A stretch of DNA of 64,000 bases from Octopus sinensis (lineage: Eukaryota), in NCBI RefSeq assembly GCF_006345805.1, contig NC_042998.1, forward strand, positions 11,656,001 through 11,720,000. The letters are read 5' to 3'. Every line of letters starts with the position of its first letter. The first letter of the stretch is position 1. The position numbers were made by a program, and so were the translations under genes. The notes beneath the pieces are model-generated. The model searched no databases and was not told the DNA's origin. It was given only the letters and a program-made list of their open reading frames with translations. Below are positions 13,998-27,097 of this stretch, piece by piece.

Positions 13998-14307
13998 AAA
14001 ATACAAAATGGGACAAGAACGCAAAACGTCCGGACAACTAGGTGATACAAAAAGGGACAACAAAACATTCAGATAGACAATACAAAACAACAAGGACGGG
14101 TCATTCGAAGCCTTTTATCCTCAGTCAAGAACCGGATTATCCTCGCAATTTCGGCTGATTAATCTTGAGATTGCTCCAATCTGGCCAACCCCAAGGAAAA
14201 AAAACTAAGCTAAGAGCATTAGATTCCTTGGAAAAAAGCATCGAATGTATACGAAAACAAGAACGGAAAAACAGAGACGATGTTATACGAATATAAATAC
14301 AAAATAC

Positions 14308-14341
<34 letters not shown>

Positions 14342-14750
14342 GGGCATAACAACAGGCGTCTTTCGACTGGGGACGAATTGAATTCAGCTGGCGTGTGTAG
14401 AAATGAAGCCTTACGGCAGAGGGGAGAATATCGATGTGGCAGTGACCACAGTCAGACGCAAAAGGGTTGGCAGTCGGCCAATCAGTCATGTGAGAAGAGA
14501 AGAGAGAGAAAAAGAGGAACAAAAGAATTAAGGAGGGGGTGAAGAGAAAGAGAGAGAGAGAGAGCGAGTGAGAGTTGTAAAAGCAGATAGACAGAAGAAT
14601 CGAGGAGTGGCGAGAAAAAAAGAGCGACAGGAACATAGTGAAGTGAAAAGTGAGTAAGAAAGGCAAAGAAATGTGAGAGGGGGGGCGGAGAAAGAAAGAA
14701 CGAAGCGTGAAAAGGTTGAAAAAGTACAAAATTAGCCACAAAGAATAATC
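13998..14750 (-). mobile_element. TA-associated Penelope-like non-autonomous element
   Basis: Terminal segment repeated at 39661-39830, 40481-40680 and 41640-41960. Degenerate GIY-YIG-like peptide (PTANPFASDCGH) and a GA-rich tract. Confidence 0.55.
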
Positions 14751-15025
14751 TCTAATTCGAGCCTACTCTAAGCTACTAAGAATGCGTGCGGCAGCTTGAA
14801 GATCCACCCACCACACGCGATAGACAGGCGGTGTTTTTGATCAATAAACACCCACAATGCCCGGTCTGGCAATCGAAACCGTGTTCTTACGACCGCGAGT
14901 CCGCTGCCGTAACCACTGGACCATTGCGCCTCCACTCTCGCTGTTGTTGCAGTTAACCTGTGAAATATTATTTTCTTGTCGTTCTGATGTAAAGATTTCA
15001 ATTTCTCCTCTCACCCTCCCTAACC

Positions 15026-15247
15026 TATTTCTTTACTACCCACAAGGGGCTAAACACAGAGGAGACAAACAAGGACAGACATAGGTATTAAGTCGATTAT
15101 ATCGACCCCAGTGCGTGACTGGTACTTAATTTATCGAACCCGAAAGGATGAAAGGCAAAGTCGACCTCGGCGAAATTTGAACTCAGAACGCAGCGGCGGA
15201 CGAAATACCACAAAGCATTTCGCCCGGCGTGCTAACGTTTCTGCCAG
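15026..15247 (-). mobile_element. MetaSINE-type SINE with 16-bp TSD
   Basis: Family A sequence. Direct repeat ctcaccctccctaacc at 15010-15025 and 15248-15263. Confidence 0.9.
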
Positions 15248-15702
15248 CTCACCCTCCCTAACCGTTTCATGTTACCTTCCGGTAATGTGAAATCGATTTG
15301 AAATTGCCGTTGCGCTGTTCCTCCTGTGATTTCACCGAAATCATCAGTTCTAACTCTTACAACTCATGATACATTTATTAGCGTTAAACAAACATTGTAA
15401 CAATAAAGAGTGTAAGCTAATCCTAAAAAATTGAAAACAAATAAAAAATATTTTGTTTTCAAATTATTTTGGGTTTGCATAAAATGTAATTATATAACCG
15501 AAGTGGATTTAAGTTATCAACAATAATCTGGCTTTCACATGTCATCGATAATTAACCCCTCCATCACCTCACCCCCAACAACAACAGCAAAAACAACAAC
15601 AACAGCAACTACTACAAGAACAAGAGAGGAAATGAACTTTGGTCAATAGTTAGAATAACAATTAAAGAATATTTTCGCGCCGAATGTTGGTTAAGGAGGG
15701 GA

Positions 15703-15773
<71 letters not shown>

Positions 15774-16054
15774 TTGTAAAAGCAGATAGACAGAAGAATG
15801 AAGGAGTGGCGAGAAAAAGAGAGAGAGAGAGAGAGATAGAGCGCGCCGTTTAGCAATGTCGGATATGGTCCTCGGTTGGTGGATTGAAGTCACCTTGCAA
15901 CTGTTATCATGCAGTAAGCCATGATCAAAATGGATTCGGTGATTCCCGTGTTTGCATGTTTTGGGTTCGTGGTCCAGATTTCTTGTGACGTAATAGATAG
16001 AGGCGAGCAGGCCATATAGCTCGTATGGGGGCTGGAAAATTTCTTAATTTCCTA

Positions 16055-16360
16055 GTTTATGGAGAACTATGTTTTCGGTAAAGACCGCTTACAAACAGGA
16101 GTTAAGATATAAAGGCTGCCCTAAAACGGTACTGAAGAGGGACAATAATCAACTGGAAAGCTGGGAATCGATTGCGTCACAGTGAATCTATTGGTATCAC
16201 GAAGAAAAACAAATCTACTGAATGCATCCAAGTATTTTGAAGGCAGTCACAGAAAACATGCAAATTTAAAATATTACCCTCAACATATTCCCCTCCCAAA
16301 TTCACATATTTATTGCAGCGGTCCCTCAGTTTTTCTAAGCTCTGTAAAAGAACTCAGAAG
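16055..16360 (+). pseudogene. RTE-clade LINE 3' fragment
   Basis: YGEL...QELRYKGCPKTVLK...ESWESIASQ*IYW resembles the RTE C-terminus (RYKDxLK...WExxAxDRxxW). Confidence 0.6.
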
Positions 16361-16379
16361 GTTGGGCCTCCGACCAGGC

Positions 16380-16665
16380 CTTTCACGAAACCCTTAAAAC
16401 CAGGAACATTTCAGCACCCCCTCGTATATCTTCCTGGCAAAACATGGAAGCTACATACTTCAAACTTACGACACCCCACTTCAAATAGAAAACCTGAACA
16501 TTTCTACCGCAGAGCCCTACACAACTCCCTTAGCTGTTCATTCTTGAGGCGCTTTTGTGCATTTGTCCATTTTACACAACCTTCCCTTGGCACAATCAAC
16601 TTAACAATTCTTTCTTCTTTCTGTTTGAATACACTACAAGATCGTGGTACTGCTTTGCTACGGTA
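16380..16665 (-). pseudogene. Restriction-like endonuclease fragment of a Hero/NeSL-like LINE
   Basis: HDLVVYS, KLIVPREG...KRLKNEQLRELC and FEVGCRKF match the PD...ELTVPWE...K..KY..L...EVGCRGF signature. Confidence 0.65.
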
Positions 16666-16920
16666 ACATGATTGTGAACAAGAGCGCTCTTTCACTCACT
16701 CACTCACTCACTCTCTCTCTCTCTGTGTCTCTCTCTCTCTTTAAAACCACCCGAATCTTTGAGTCATTAACGATATTCACCAGTCTTTATAGTTGACTTT
16801 CATCTTCTTCCTTGTGGAAGAATACATCATGCACTACGGTGGGGATGGTTCTTGTATTGCTAGTGCGGCATGACCGGCTTAATGCACAAGCAAGGACATT
16901 CAGGACTTGCAATTGTTCAG

Positions 16921-16922
<2 letters not shown>

Positions 16923-16995
<73 letters not shown>
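16923..16995 (+). repeat. (ATCT)n microsatellite
   Basis: Direct reading. Confidence 0.98.
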
Positions 16996-16997
<2 letters not shown>

Positions 16998-17146
16998 TTT
17001 TTCACGATACCTTTTAATCGGAATTCGCCCCCCCCCCTTTTTTCTTTTTTCCCCTTCTCTTCTTCCTAAAATGAAAAGCTCAACTTTGTATTTTGTCCCT
17101 TCTGTGTTTAGCGTTGCGTGGTCAATAAATCTATTCTATCCATCAG
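16996..17146 (+). mobile_element. 5'-truncated Tx1-like 3' UTR between (ATCT)n tracts
   Basis: tgtattttgtcc..ttctgtgtttagc..gtgg..caataaa aligns with the 3' end of the large element (tgtatttcgtcc..ttctgtgtttagc..gtgg..caataaa, ~63090-63141). Both are preceded by T/C runs. Confidence 0.7.

Positions 17147-17241
<95 letters not shown>
17147..17241 (+). repeat. (ATCT)n microsatellite
   Basis: Direct reading. Confidence 0.98.
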
Positions 17242-17462
17242 GCATCCATACATATATATATATCCCCACGCTCATACACATACTTATATATACACATACA
17301 CTCACAGACATACAAGCACATGTATAGACTGACATCACACACACACACCACACACACACATCCACACACACACTCATTCACATACACACAAACTTGTAAG
17401 CACACACGCATTCCTTTTTGTTCGTGCACTTTTCATATATCTCTCTTTATATATATATATTA

Positions 17463-17499
17463 TGTTTCCGACGAAGAGCTCCACTCGAAACGTTAAACA
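17463..17499 (+). ncRNA. Minimal hammerhead-like motif
   Basis: tgttt-CCGACGA-a gag ctcca ctc-GAAA-cg-TT-aaaca. U4C core variant, ACGT palindromic stem III, in a short unit between TA repeats. Confidence 0.5.
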
Positions 17500-17614
17500 C
17501 TCCTTCTTCCCTTCTTTCCTGAGCGTCCAATAATACTTTATTTGTTCCACGTCCTCGCGTTGTTGTGTTTTTTTTGTTTTTTTTTTTGTGTTTTCTTGTT
17601 TGGATTAACTTTAG

Positions 17615-17651
<37 letters not shown>

Positions 17652-18160
17652 CTCCTTTTTTCCTTCAAGCTTTTATCAAAAGCAACTTAGAAAATAAAAA
17701 AAGAATTGATACAGACCAACAAATATAACGATAAATAAACAAATAAATTAATAAATATCACAGAAATACTGTGAATAAAACGAGGATTTTTCTCAAATAA
17801 TCACACACACACTGTATGTATGTATGTATGTATGTATGTATGTATGTATGTATGTATGTATGTATGTATGTATGTATGTATGTATGTATCTTTCTCTCTC
17901 TCTGTATATAAAGTTTGAATGATAATCTTTAACTGCAATAAAGTTTAAGTATTTTTAATGACATTTCTTTCCACTTGAAATTTGCCACATGATGTTTGAC
18001 TGAATCAAATTACGAATTCAATTATTAGTAATGTCATTTTTTTAAAGTTTGTTTTTAATCTTATTTCGTTAATATAATATAATGTAAGATATGATTGATG
18101 TAATGTTTGTAAGCAGTAATTTTTTTAGACGTAAAATCTTATATAATGTTAGACTCTGTC

Positions 18161-18380
18161 TATGTATGTATGTATGTATGTATGTATGTATGTATGTATG
18201 TATGTATGTATGTATGTATGTATGTATGTATGTATGTATGTATGTATGTATGTATGTATGTATGTATGTATGTATGTGTATGTATGTATGTATGCATGTA
18301 TGTATGTATGCATGTATGTATGTATGTATGTATGTATGTATGTATGTATGTATGTATGTATGTATGTATGTATGTATGTA
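18161..18380 (+). repeat. (TATG)n microsatellite; other tracts at 17814-17889, 34079-34192 and 38384-38456
   Basis: Direct reading. Confidence 0.98.
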
Positions 18381-18664
18381 TAGTACAAAGGACAAATAAC
18401 AATGTTGGAGTGGGGTTCAGAATCTCGGGTGTGTAAAACATTAACTGAGGTTTAAATAGTATGAGTTCAAGCAGAAACACAACAGAAAATTGTTCCCTCT
18501 CAGGAACAACCCGCTATGGTTAACTGAGAATCCACAAACTCCAGGCTATTCATACAGTCGAGACCAAGCGCACTCTCCCGATTGTGCTTCGTTACCTATC
18601 GGTGCATGTTAAGCTTATGAACACTCTAACAGACGATACACTAGTTTCACTACCCATGCAGCAA

Positions 18665-18668
<4 letters not shown>

Positions 18669-18739
<71 letters not shown>

Positions 18740-19117
18740 TGTGTACAGTGCTCAGGTGCACTACAACTCATCTAAAGTGTATATATAATCAGGTGTAGTT
18801 TCGGCGGATTTCGGAAAGCATGAGGGCCTTAAAGGATGCAGTGTCATGGCAGTCAACAACTGACGCAGGCAGTTTATTCCATGCTTCAGCAATTCTGAGC
18901 GTGAAAAAATGTTTCCGAAAGTCATGGGAGCTGTGTTGTTTTCTGACTTTGTAGGCATGTCCACGTGTGTTAGACACATGAAGATGAAAAAGGTGTTCAG
19001 TGTTGTTGTTGGTGAGGTGGTTGATAACTTTGTGGGTGTTTACCAAGTCCGTCGCCAGACGCCGGAGCTTCAGTGAATCCATGCCCAGGGAAACAAGGCG
19101 CTCAGAATATGGTAGGC
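18669..19117 (-). mobile_element. CR1-clade LINE 3' end with (TTA)n tail
   Basis: LPYSERLVSLGMDSLKLRRLATDL...TRGHAYKV...RKHFFTLRIAEAWNKLP is a typical CR1 ORF2 C-terminus. (AAT)n at 18669-18738. Confidence 0.9.
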
Positions 19118-19289
19118 AGAATATGCAACGTTTTATTCTCTAACTTCTATCTCTTAAGTAATATTTGAAAAAAATAGTACGGGATTGCCAATAACGGTAG
19201 TGCCCAAATTCTGTCTTTTCCATCTCGTCCACTACACTATTTCTTTCAGTACAATTACCAGATAGAGGGAAATGTTCCTTATCTTCTAA

Positions 19290-19490
19290 GCAAAAGGACT
19301 GTGACAACAGCTGTTCAACATGATAGCATAGATTTGCAATTGTCGGACGAGAATGCTTCCATGATGGCTTCGTCATCCCCGGCACACTGCGTCCGGCAAA
19401 CAGGTTTCTCTAAGGATATCCTGAAGAAGCAATACGCTCTGCTCCAGAATTAGTCAGTCCAGGTGATTCTAGAAGTTATCGATTGCCTAC
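19290..19490 (-). pseudogene. Old Tx1-like ORF2 C-terminal fragment
   Basis: DNF..., DDEAIMEA and PTIANLCYHVEQLLSQ are similar to DNFQKSL...DETVLHA...SFVEQLLSR of the 59396 ORF2. Confidence 0.55.
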
Positions 19491-21147
19491 TTGAGAAAGG
19501 CATCTTTCACACCACCACTAACCCTCTATATAATGCAAGGATTAACATCCACATTGCCCGAGCAGTATATATGATTTTGTGCGCCTGATAACAATCTAGA
19601 TGCTATGAGCTAAATTTCGGTCATCACTTAACCCGAGGTTGCAGCTTCATTAAAGAGAAGAGCTGTTGAGATGTCAAGCAACATCCCTTTATTTACCATT
19701 GAATGTTTGTATGTTTTGCCGCTGCAATTCTTTCCTGTGCATTTTCAGCATCAGTAAGTTGAGAGTAAGGAACCTAATAAACCACCTAATCAATGTGTAG
19801 TAGATGCGTGTGTGCGTAAATATATACATAAACTGTTTCATGATTACAAAGGGATTTATTTACATGGGTTATAAGTTCACTACATTAAAATGTAAGCAAA
19901 TGCTACGCATTACTTGTACAGAACACATATTAAAGATGAATATGTTTGTGTGTGTGTGGTGTGTGCGTGAATCATTCAGAACAGTAGCCTGTAGGCATTT
20001 CTTTGTCGTCTCCAAAACGCGGGGTGTCTGCTGCTGTGTCAGCTCCGATTGTGTGTCTTTCTCTGTTTTTCCCTTTGTATTTATAATATTTCAAACAGCT
20101 AGAAAGATAGACATATTGCAACAGATAGACATACTAAGTAGGTCAACGCGTGTCCAGTTGAACTTCGCCTGACATGGCTCAGGTCGTAGGTCAAAGGGAG
20201 ATGATCAATCACTTTTTGACAACAAAGGATCTTTAAATGTCGCGCCTATACATGCATTGGTATTTGACGACCGATGATTCTTGGATTCGATTTCGAATCT
20301 AAGCTTAGAGAAGGAAGTGCTAACTCTTACAAATGTAAGCCATCTTTTCCATAATAAGTGGAAAAGTATAAACCCTAGTCTTGTTGGATGCCAATTGGAG
20401 CAAGGAACGGCGTGAGACGGAAATTTACAAGGAAGTTAATGCAGAACACGTAATTCTTGTAGGGCAAACCAACCAAACGCGTTGATCTTCACCTTGCGCG
20501 ACAATTTAGTGCCTTCTGTGCATCAACTGGCGTTTCGGTATTCTCCATCCGGTGAAAGTTGCGACAGTCACTGAAGTCTTCGTCTCCGGGATAATGATAC
20601 TATTGCTGATCTAACGATGATAAAAAGTGTGGCGATAGGCTAGATGTACAATACTTTCGACACACCCGTTTTATAATCCTGAGAGAAAAAAGAGTAAAAC
20701 AGAGAGAGAGAGAGAGAAAGAGAAAGGAGAGAGAGGGATATAAAGTTGTTAAGAGTGACAAAATGACACAATAACTGTCCACATAGAAATCATTCATTAC
20801 TAATGAAGATGTCCATTAGTGACAGGATAATCCTAGAGCATATTTGTTCAGTATTATGACAAAAAATTGACCTCAGTCAGAGTGAAATTGAGTTCGATCA
20901 ATCATTGTAATATACTCTGACACTACTTCTAACTGTATAAATATAAATACAATCAAGTGGAATCAGTTTACGACTGGAGATATTTTTCATGTCTCTCTCT
21001 TCCCATCTTCCTACTTTCTTTCTTTATATACGAGTGCCTTTGTGTGTCAGTATGCATGTGTATACTTAGATATAATATGCATAAATATATGATATAAATA
21101 CGTGCATACATATACACACACTACTTGTGTGTGTGTGTGTGTGTGTT

Positions 21148-21186
<39 letters not shown>

Positions 21187-21813
21187 GCGTGCGTGCATGT
21201 AACTGAATGTAAAATTATTATTATTATTACTGAACATAAAAACAAATATATATACATACACACTTACAGGAAGACACACACACACACACACACACACACA
21301 AATACGTGAGTTCTATGGAAAGAAATGCAATGTTTCATTTGTTCGCTGCAATGAAGGTTAGGATTTGCGGTCAGCGATTTGATGACTCAGTCGAAGTGAA
21401 AGTGGATTTGAATTGGGTACAACAGAGTACACTTGAAGATTCTCAAAGGTAATTCAAGTTTTGTATTCAACGATGATACTAACGCATAGCTCATGATAGA
21501 GGCCATGTTGATTACTATCTTCGAATAGAGGAAGGAGTACTCTACCAACGTACTCAATTTTAACAACTTATGTCAATTAATAAAAATGGTATGCCCACTT
21601 TTGCATTACTTGGTGCACATTTTCGTACCAATCATATCTCTTTCAAAACATATTTTGTGGGCTTAAGAGAAAGATTGGCTTACGAAACAATGCTATCTGT
21701 GAAGCACTCGCTTTGCATAAGGACAGTGACTGGTATGCAGAACCTCAAACAGTTCGTAATTTTTTCTTTTTCGCAAAACAATTGTACAAATGAGGGAAAC
21801 TTGGAATGGCTAA

Positions 21814-22196
21814 TGGAAGCACTCCGTCGGTTACGACGATGAGGGTTCCGGTTGATCCGATCAACGGAACAGCCTGCTCGTGAAATTAACGTGTAAGTGG
21901 CTGAGCACTCCACAGACACGTGTACCCTTAATGTAGTTCTCGGGGATATTCAGCGTGACACAGAGAGTGACAAGGCCGGCCCTTTGAAATACAGGTATAA
22001 CAGAAACAGGAAGTAAGAGTGAGAGAATGTTGTGGTGAAAGAGTACAGCAGGGATCACCACCATCCCCTGCCGGAACTCGTGGAGCTTTTAGGTGTTTTC
22101 GCTCAATAAACACTCACAACGCCCGGTCTGGGAATCGAAACCGCGATCTTATGACCGCGAGTCCGCTGCCCTAACCACTGGGCCATTGCGCCTCCA
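21814..22196 (-). mobile_element. tRNA-derived SINE (family B)
   Basis: Head ggaggcgcaatggcccagtggttaggg...ggtttcgattccc (A/B boxes). Head also present at ~14835-14935; tail shared with 13586-13907. Confidence 0.85.
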
Positions 22197-22908
22197 CTTG
22201 GAATAACAACGGAGTGACTCAGCAGCTTCGAGTGTATGAATATACTCTACGACACGTATTGAGTACTTCGTATTTTGCTTTCGTCTCGTATGCAAACAGA
22301 ATTGTAAACAAACACACACACACATTACTTTCACAAGGATAAGTTTGACACTTACTTTAAACTTTCAACTGTAGTTTTATGCAATGTAAAACGCACTACA
22401 CACTCACACACATACACACATTTTTATATTATATATTATGTACATATACATATATAACCGTATACATACACGCATATATATATACACATATGTATTCATA
22501 TATAACTGTATATGTGTGTGTGTGTATTCATATATCACAAATGTATGCATATATAACTGTACACACAGAAGATTTGATTATAGTGATCAAATGGCTGTGT
22601 ACGCATAAGCTCACTCCCTCCGTCAAATCGACATTACCTGTACAGGTGCACCTGTGCCCCATGTCAGATGATGAAATGATCGCAGATGAACGTAAAATGA
22701 AGAGCTTTGCTCAAGAACACAACACATCACTCGGTCTGGGGATCGAGACCATGATCTCGCAATCGTGCGTGCAACACCTTAACCACTAAACCATACGCTT
22801 TCATGTATACATATATATGCATACATATACATATATATATGTGTGTGTGTGTCTATAAAAATATACATATATAATATATATACATACAGTATATATATAT
22901 ACATACGA

Positions 22909-23237
22909 ATCATCATCATCATCATTTAACGTCCGTTTTCCGCGCTAGCACGGGTTGGACGGTTCGACCGGGGTCTGGGGAGCCAGGGGCTGCTCCAGCC
23001 TCCAGTCTGATCTGGCAGTGTTTCTAGAGCTGGATGCCCTTCCTAACGCCAACCACTCCGCGAGTGTAGTGGGTGCTTTTTACGTGCCACCTGCACAGGT
23101 GCCAGACGGGTCTGGCATCGGCCACGATCGGTTGGTGCTTTTTATGTGCCACCGGCACAGAAGCCAGTCGAGGCGGTGCTGGCATCGGCCACGTTCGGAT
23201 GGTGCTTTTTATGTGCCACCTGCACAGAAGCCAGTCG
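22909..23237 (-). mobile_element. SINE/LINE 3' end with (GAT)n tail and internal ~60-70 bp tandem repeats
   Basis: ggatgcccttcctaacgccaacc motif and three copies of ggtgcttttta(c/t)gtgccacc.gcacag. Degenerate copy at ~990-1155. Confidence 0.65.
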
Positions 23238-23298
23238 AATATGTATATATATATATATATATACATATTTATATAAATGTGTGTGTGAGTGCGTGTGT

Positions 23299-23404
<106 letters not shown>

Positions 23405-23757
23405 TGTGTGTGTGTGTGTGTGTAGGAAATAGCAAACCAAGCATGCTTATGGATCCGATGTTATATACTTCTTCGGAAACTTGTGAAGCGGAAATGGTGT
23501 CATTTTGTTTGAATTACATTTCATATTTAACTGGCAACACAACTAACCGCTTTCTATGTTTGGTTCATTCTAAATGCTTTCCTGTGAAAACGTGAGTAAA
23601 ACAGAAAAAAAATCATAAACCTATCTACTGCTAACGGCTATCGTAACCCTCGTCTGTCATTGCAGCTGCTCTCGATGCTCCTAATACTAACATAGGTGTT
23701 GTTGCTGTTGCTTGTGCGACTAATTCTAAAAACTCTATTCTCTTACTGCTGCTACTG

Positions 23758-23852
<95 letters not shown>

Positions 23853-23987
23853 ACTACTCTACTACTACTACTACTACTACTACTACCCTTCGTCATATAT
23901 CGTACACTACAACAAACGTCTTCCCGATTAAGCGCGAGTTCTTCCATAGAATGAAGCCATAGTATGATTTCGTTTTGAATTGTTCAC

Positions 23988-24157
23988 AGGAGGCGCAGGA
24001 GTGGCTGTGTGGTAAGTAGCTTGCTAACCAACCACACGGTTCCGGGTTCCGTCCCACTGCGTGGCATCTTGGGCAAGTGTCTTTTGCTATAGCCCCGGGC
24101 CGACCAATGCCTTGTGAGTGGATTTGGTAGACGGAAACTGAAAAGAAGCCTGTCGTA

Positions 24158-24196
<39 letters not shown>

Positions 24197-24420
24197 TGTG
24201 TGTGTGTGTTTGTCCCCCTAGCATTGCTTGACAACTGATGCTTGTGTGTTTACGTCCCCGTCACTTAGCGGTTCGGCCAAAGAGACCGATAGAATAAGTA
24301 CTGGGCTTACAAAGAATAAGTCCCGGGGTCGATTTGCTCGACTAAAGGCGGTGCTCCAGCATGGCCGCAGTCAAATGACTGAAACAAGTAAAAGAGTAAA
24401 AGAGTAAAAGTGAGTAAAGA
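23988..24420 (+). mobile_element. CORE-type SINE (family C) with internal TA/TG microsatellite
   Basis: tRNA-like head, cttgggcaagtgtct CORE motif and (aaagagt)n tail. Degenerate relatives at ~10750, 35280, 55700 and 56460. Confidence 0.8.
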
Positions 24421-24934
24421 GTGTTTTCTTGGCAAAAATATTGGGGTGCTTTGCCATTGCCTTCCCCAGCAACAAGCTCGTCCCTCCTCCGACGGGTCTT
24501 GTTCTTAAGACACCCTTCTCACAGGAGTAGCAAGCTACTCAAGTTGGAGAGCCAGTTTAGATGCCGACCACTCGACCATAAAACCGGTAGAACTGGTTTG
24601 CATGGCCCCAGTAGCAAGTCTCATGAGCTTGTGATGGAATTCCTGACCTTACTATTACTACTATTACAAGTAATATTAATGATTGCTTTAATTTTGGCAC
24701 AAGCCAGCAAATTTAGAGTGAGGTACTTATTCGGTTAAATCGACTCCGTATGTGACTGGTACTTCATTTTATAGTCGCCGAAAGAATGCAAAGCAAAATT
24801 GAATTTGTCGGGATTTGAATGTAAAATGTAAAGGATGGAAGAAATGCCACAAAGAATTTTTCCGGCGCTCAAGCGATTTTGCCAGGTGACCACCTTACAA
24901 CTAATAATAATAGTTCCTTCTATTACAGGCACAA

Positions 24935-25494
24935 TGCATGAAAGATGAAGATAGCTCGTCCTTCTAGGCTAAGGGAACGGAAAAGAACGACCTTCACAAT
25001 GGATTCTGTTGGCAGCTAGATCAGTCGTATAGGCGAAACCAGGTGTTCGACGTAATTCCATGAGTCAATCATGACCGGGCATGAAAATGTGCATGCAGAA
25101 CAGTTTCGTTGCCCTTTGCGCATTTCAGGAAGATCTGGTTGACGATAATTCCAATCTTGTAAAATTTCTCCCGAAACGGCAGGGATTTCTGGAAATTATC
25201 CAGGGCTCCGGCCCAAATATCCTCCGAAACATACTAGCCTGTTGAATTCCACTGACAACCGAGGTCTCTCCAAGAACACCATCACTCTTGACTGGCACTA
25301 GCTCTCAACAGAAAGCTAAGAAAAAATTCCATCGACCGCATTGCCCGACTGGTAGAAGGCTGTTAGCACCTGGCGCTTTAGGTGCCAGGCGCCTTTCTTC
25401 GGTCTACTCCTGATCCACATCTGCAGCTCTTTTAAAGAGACGATCTCTGGAAAAGCGAGTCTGACAACCGGCTTCCACAGCTACTAGCCGTCAA
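24935..25494 (-). pseudogene. Old Tx1-like ORF2 C-terminal fragment
   Basis: LWKPVVRLAFPEIVSLKELQMWIRSRPKKGAWH, LDNFQKSL, ETVLHAHFSCP and ESIVKVV align with the ORF2 C-terminus at ~62030-62640. Confidence 0.85.
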
Positions 25495-26469
25495 GTAAAC
25501 TTTAAAGATGACGTTGGAGGGATTTGAACTCAAGACGTTAAGAGCCAAAAAAAAAAAAAAAAAACTATAACGCAATAGCAAGCTTCATGAATCGTTAGAG
25601 TCTCATAAAAATAACCTTTGCTATTAGCGGCGATGTATTCGACTAACTGCCTCCCATCAAAATTTCAGGCCTTTTGCCTTTAGTAGAAAGGATTATATCA
25701 GTATGTGAAATATTATCATACATGGGACATATATGGAAAGCTACTTGAGAGAGTTTGTAGTGTGCGGAAGAGGGTGTTGAAACCATAGAGTTTCAATACC
25801 AGTGTGTTCTTTTCTCTCACGTCAATAATTCTGTTATGAACTGACCATATAATTATGTCAAGAAGGAATATCACGCAACAGATTTTGCTGTTGTTGTCGA
25901 GCCCTAAGTCAGCACTAACCGAGCAAATCTATCATCTAAGACATCCCAGTCATGTTTATTCGCTCTTTTTACCTTCGTATTAGTGCATTTCGTACATAGT
26001 ATATCTAAGACTAATTATTCAATACTTCGTTTTTAAAACATCAGGTTGCGATTTCAGTAGTGTAACTTCGTAGGAGGTCGGCGGTCAGTAACTGCAAACT
26101 CAATGGCTGCCGCAGCCGGCATACACAGAGACTACGTCACATAGTGAATTTACTGTGATATTACTAGCTGCGTTAAAGCTCCCTATATAGATTTAGTTTG
26201 ATATGTTAAGAGAACAGCAGCTTATAAATAAAACTTGACAGATTACTTTCCAAGAGATGTCAGGCGACTGGCCAGAAATATAACAATTCCTACCACCTTT
26301 CCCACCACAATTAAGATATCAAATGAATCTCCGTCGGTTTCGATTATGAATATTCTAGCATTCAATCAACTTAACTAACATCTCGTTCAATAAGTGAGTA
26401 AATGATTGAATATTCAACCGACACTTGTACCATTATCGCCATCCACACGCAGAATCAACGTAACTCAGA

Positions 26470-26798
26470 GTAAAGAATAAAAGGTTTTGAATGGTACAAC
26501 AATGCACTATAATACAAACGATGGGCGATATACCTGTTGTAATTTAGTCGTCCATAGTCTGATATGATATTTCGGAATAAAATTCCTTCTTCAGATATTC
26601 TTAGATGAAGTCGCTGCGACTCCATATAAGAATATCTGAAGAAGGAATTTTATTCCGAAATATCATCAGACTATGGATGACTAAATTACAACAGGTATAC
26701 ACAGCCCATTCTCTGTATTTTAGTGCATTGTTGTACCATTCAAAACCTTTTATTCCTTACAAACAATACACAATGCTTCAAGCGAACTACAATACTCT
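26470..26798. mobile_element. ~290-bp palindromic insertion with 13-bp TSD
   Basis: Arms 26470-26614 and 26616-26760 are near-perfect reverse complements. cgtaactcagagt is duplicated at 26459-26471 and 26799-26811. Confidence 0.8.
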
Positions 26799-27097
26799 CG
26801 TAACTCAGAGTGTACCGATGTTGGCTTTTTGATTTATAGATGTAAGGATTCCGATGCGCTTCCACACAGTTTCCGTCGACATAATTTCACTTAAGAGAAC
26901 CATCCACTAAAGTAAATGACACTTAACAAAGATGTCACACTGGCTAATCAAAGCGGTGACCTATGGTTGTGAGGTAAACTTCACAAGCGCACGGGTACAA
27001 ACGCGCGCATACACACTCGCACACACACACGCGCGTGCAGGCATATATCTTTCACTTATGGCGGAGTGTTTTTACTTCCTTAATCAAGACAAAACTA

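Noticed and set aside
22120-22196. tRNA-like sequences (also ~14860-14935 and 55575-55648)
   Set aside because: These are SINE heads continuous with SINE bodies, not free-standing tRNA genes.
23072-23237. Three spaced ~27-bp direct repeats resembling a CRISPR array
   Set aside because: The spacers are homologous to each other, the context is a eukaryotic retroelement, and there are no cas genes.
23745-23886. (TAC)n(TGC)n compound repeat giving poly-Y/C or poly-V/A ORFs
   Set aside because: Simple trinucleotide repeat without splice or coding context.
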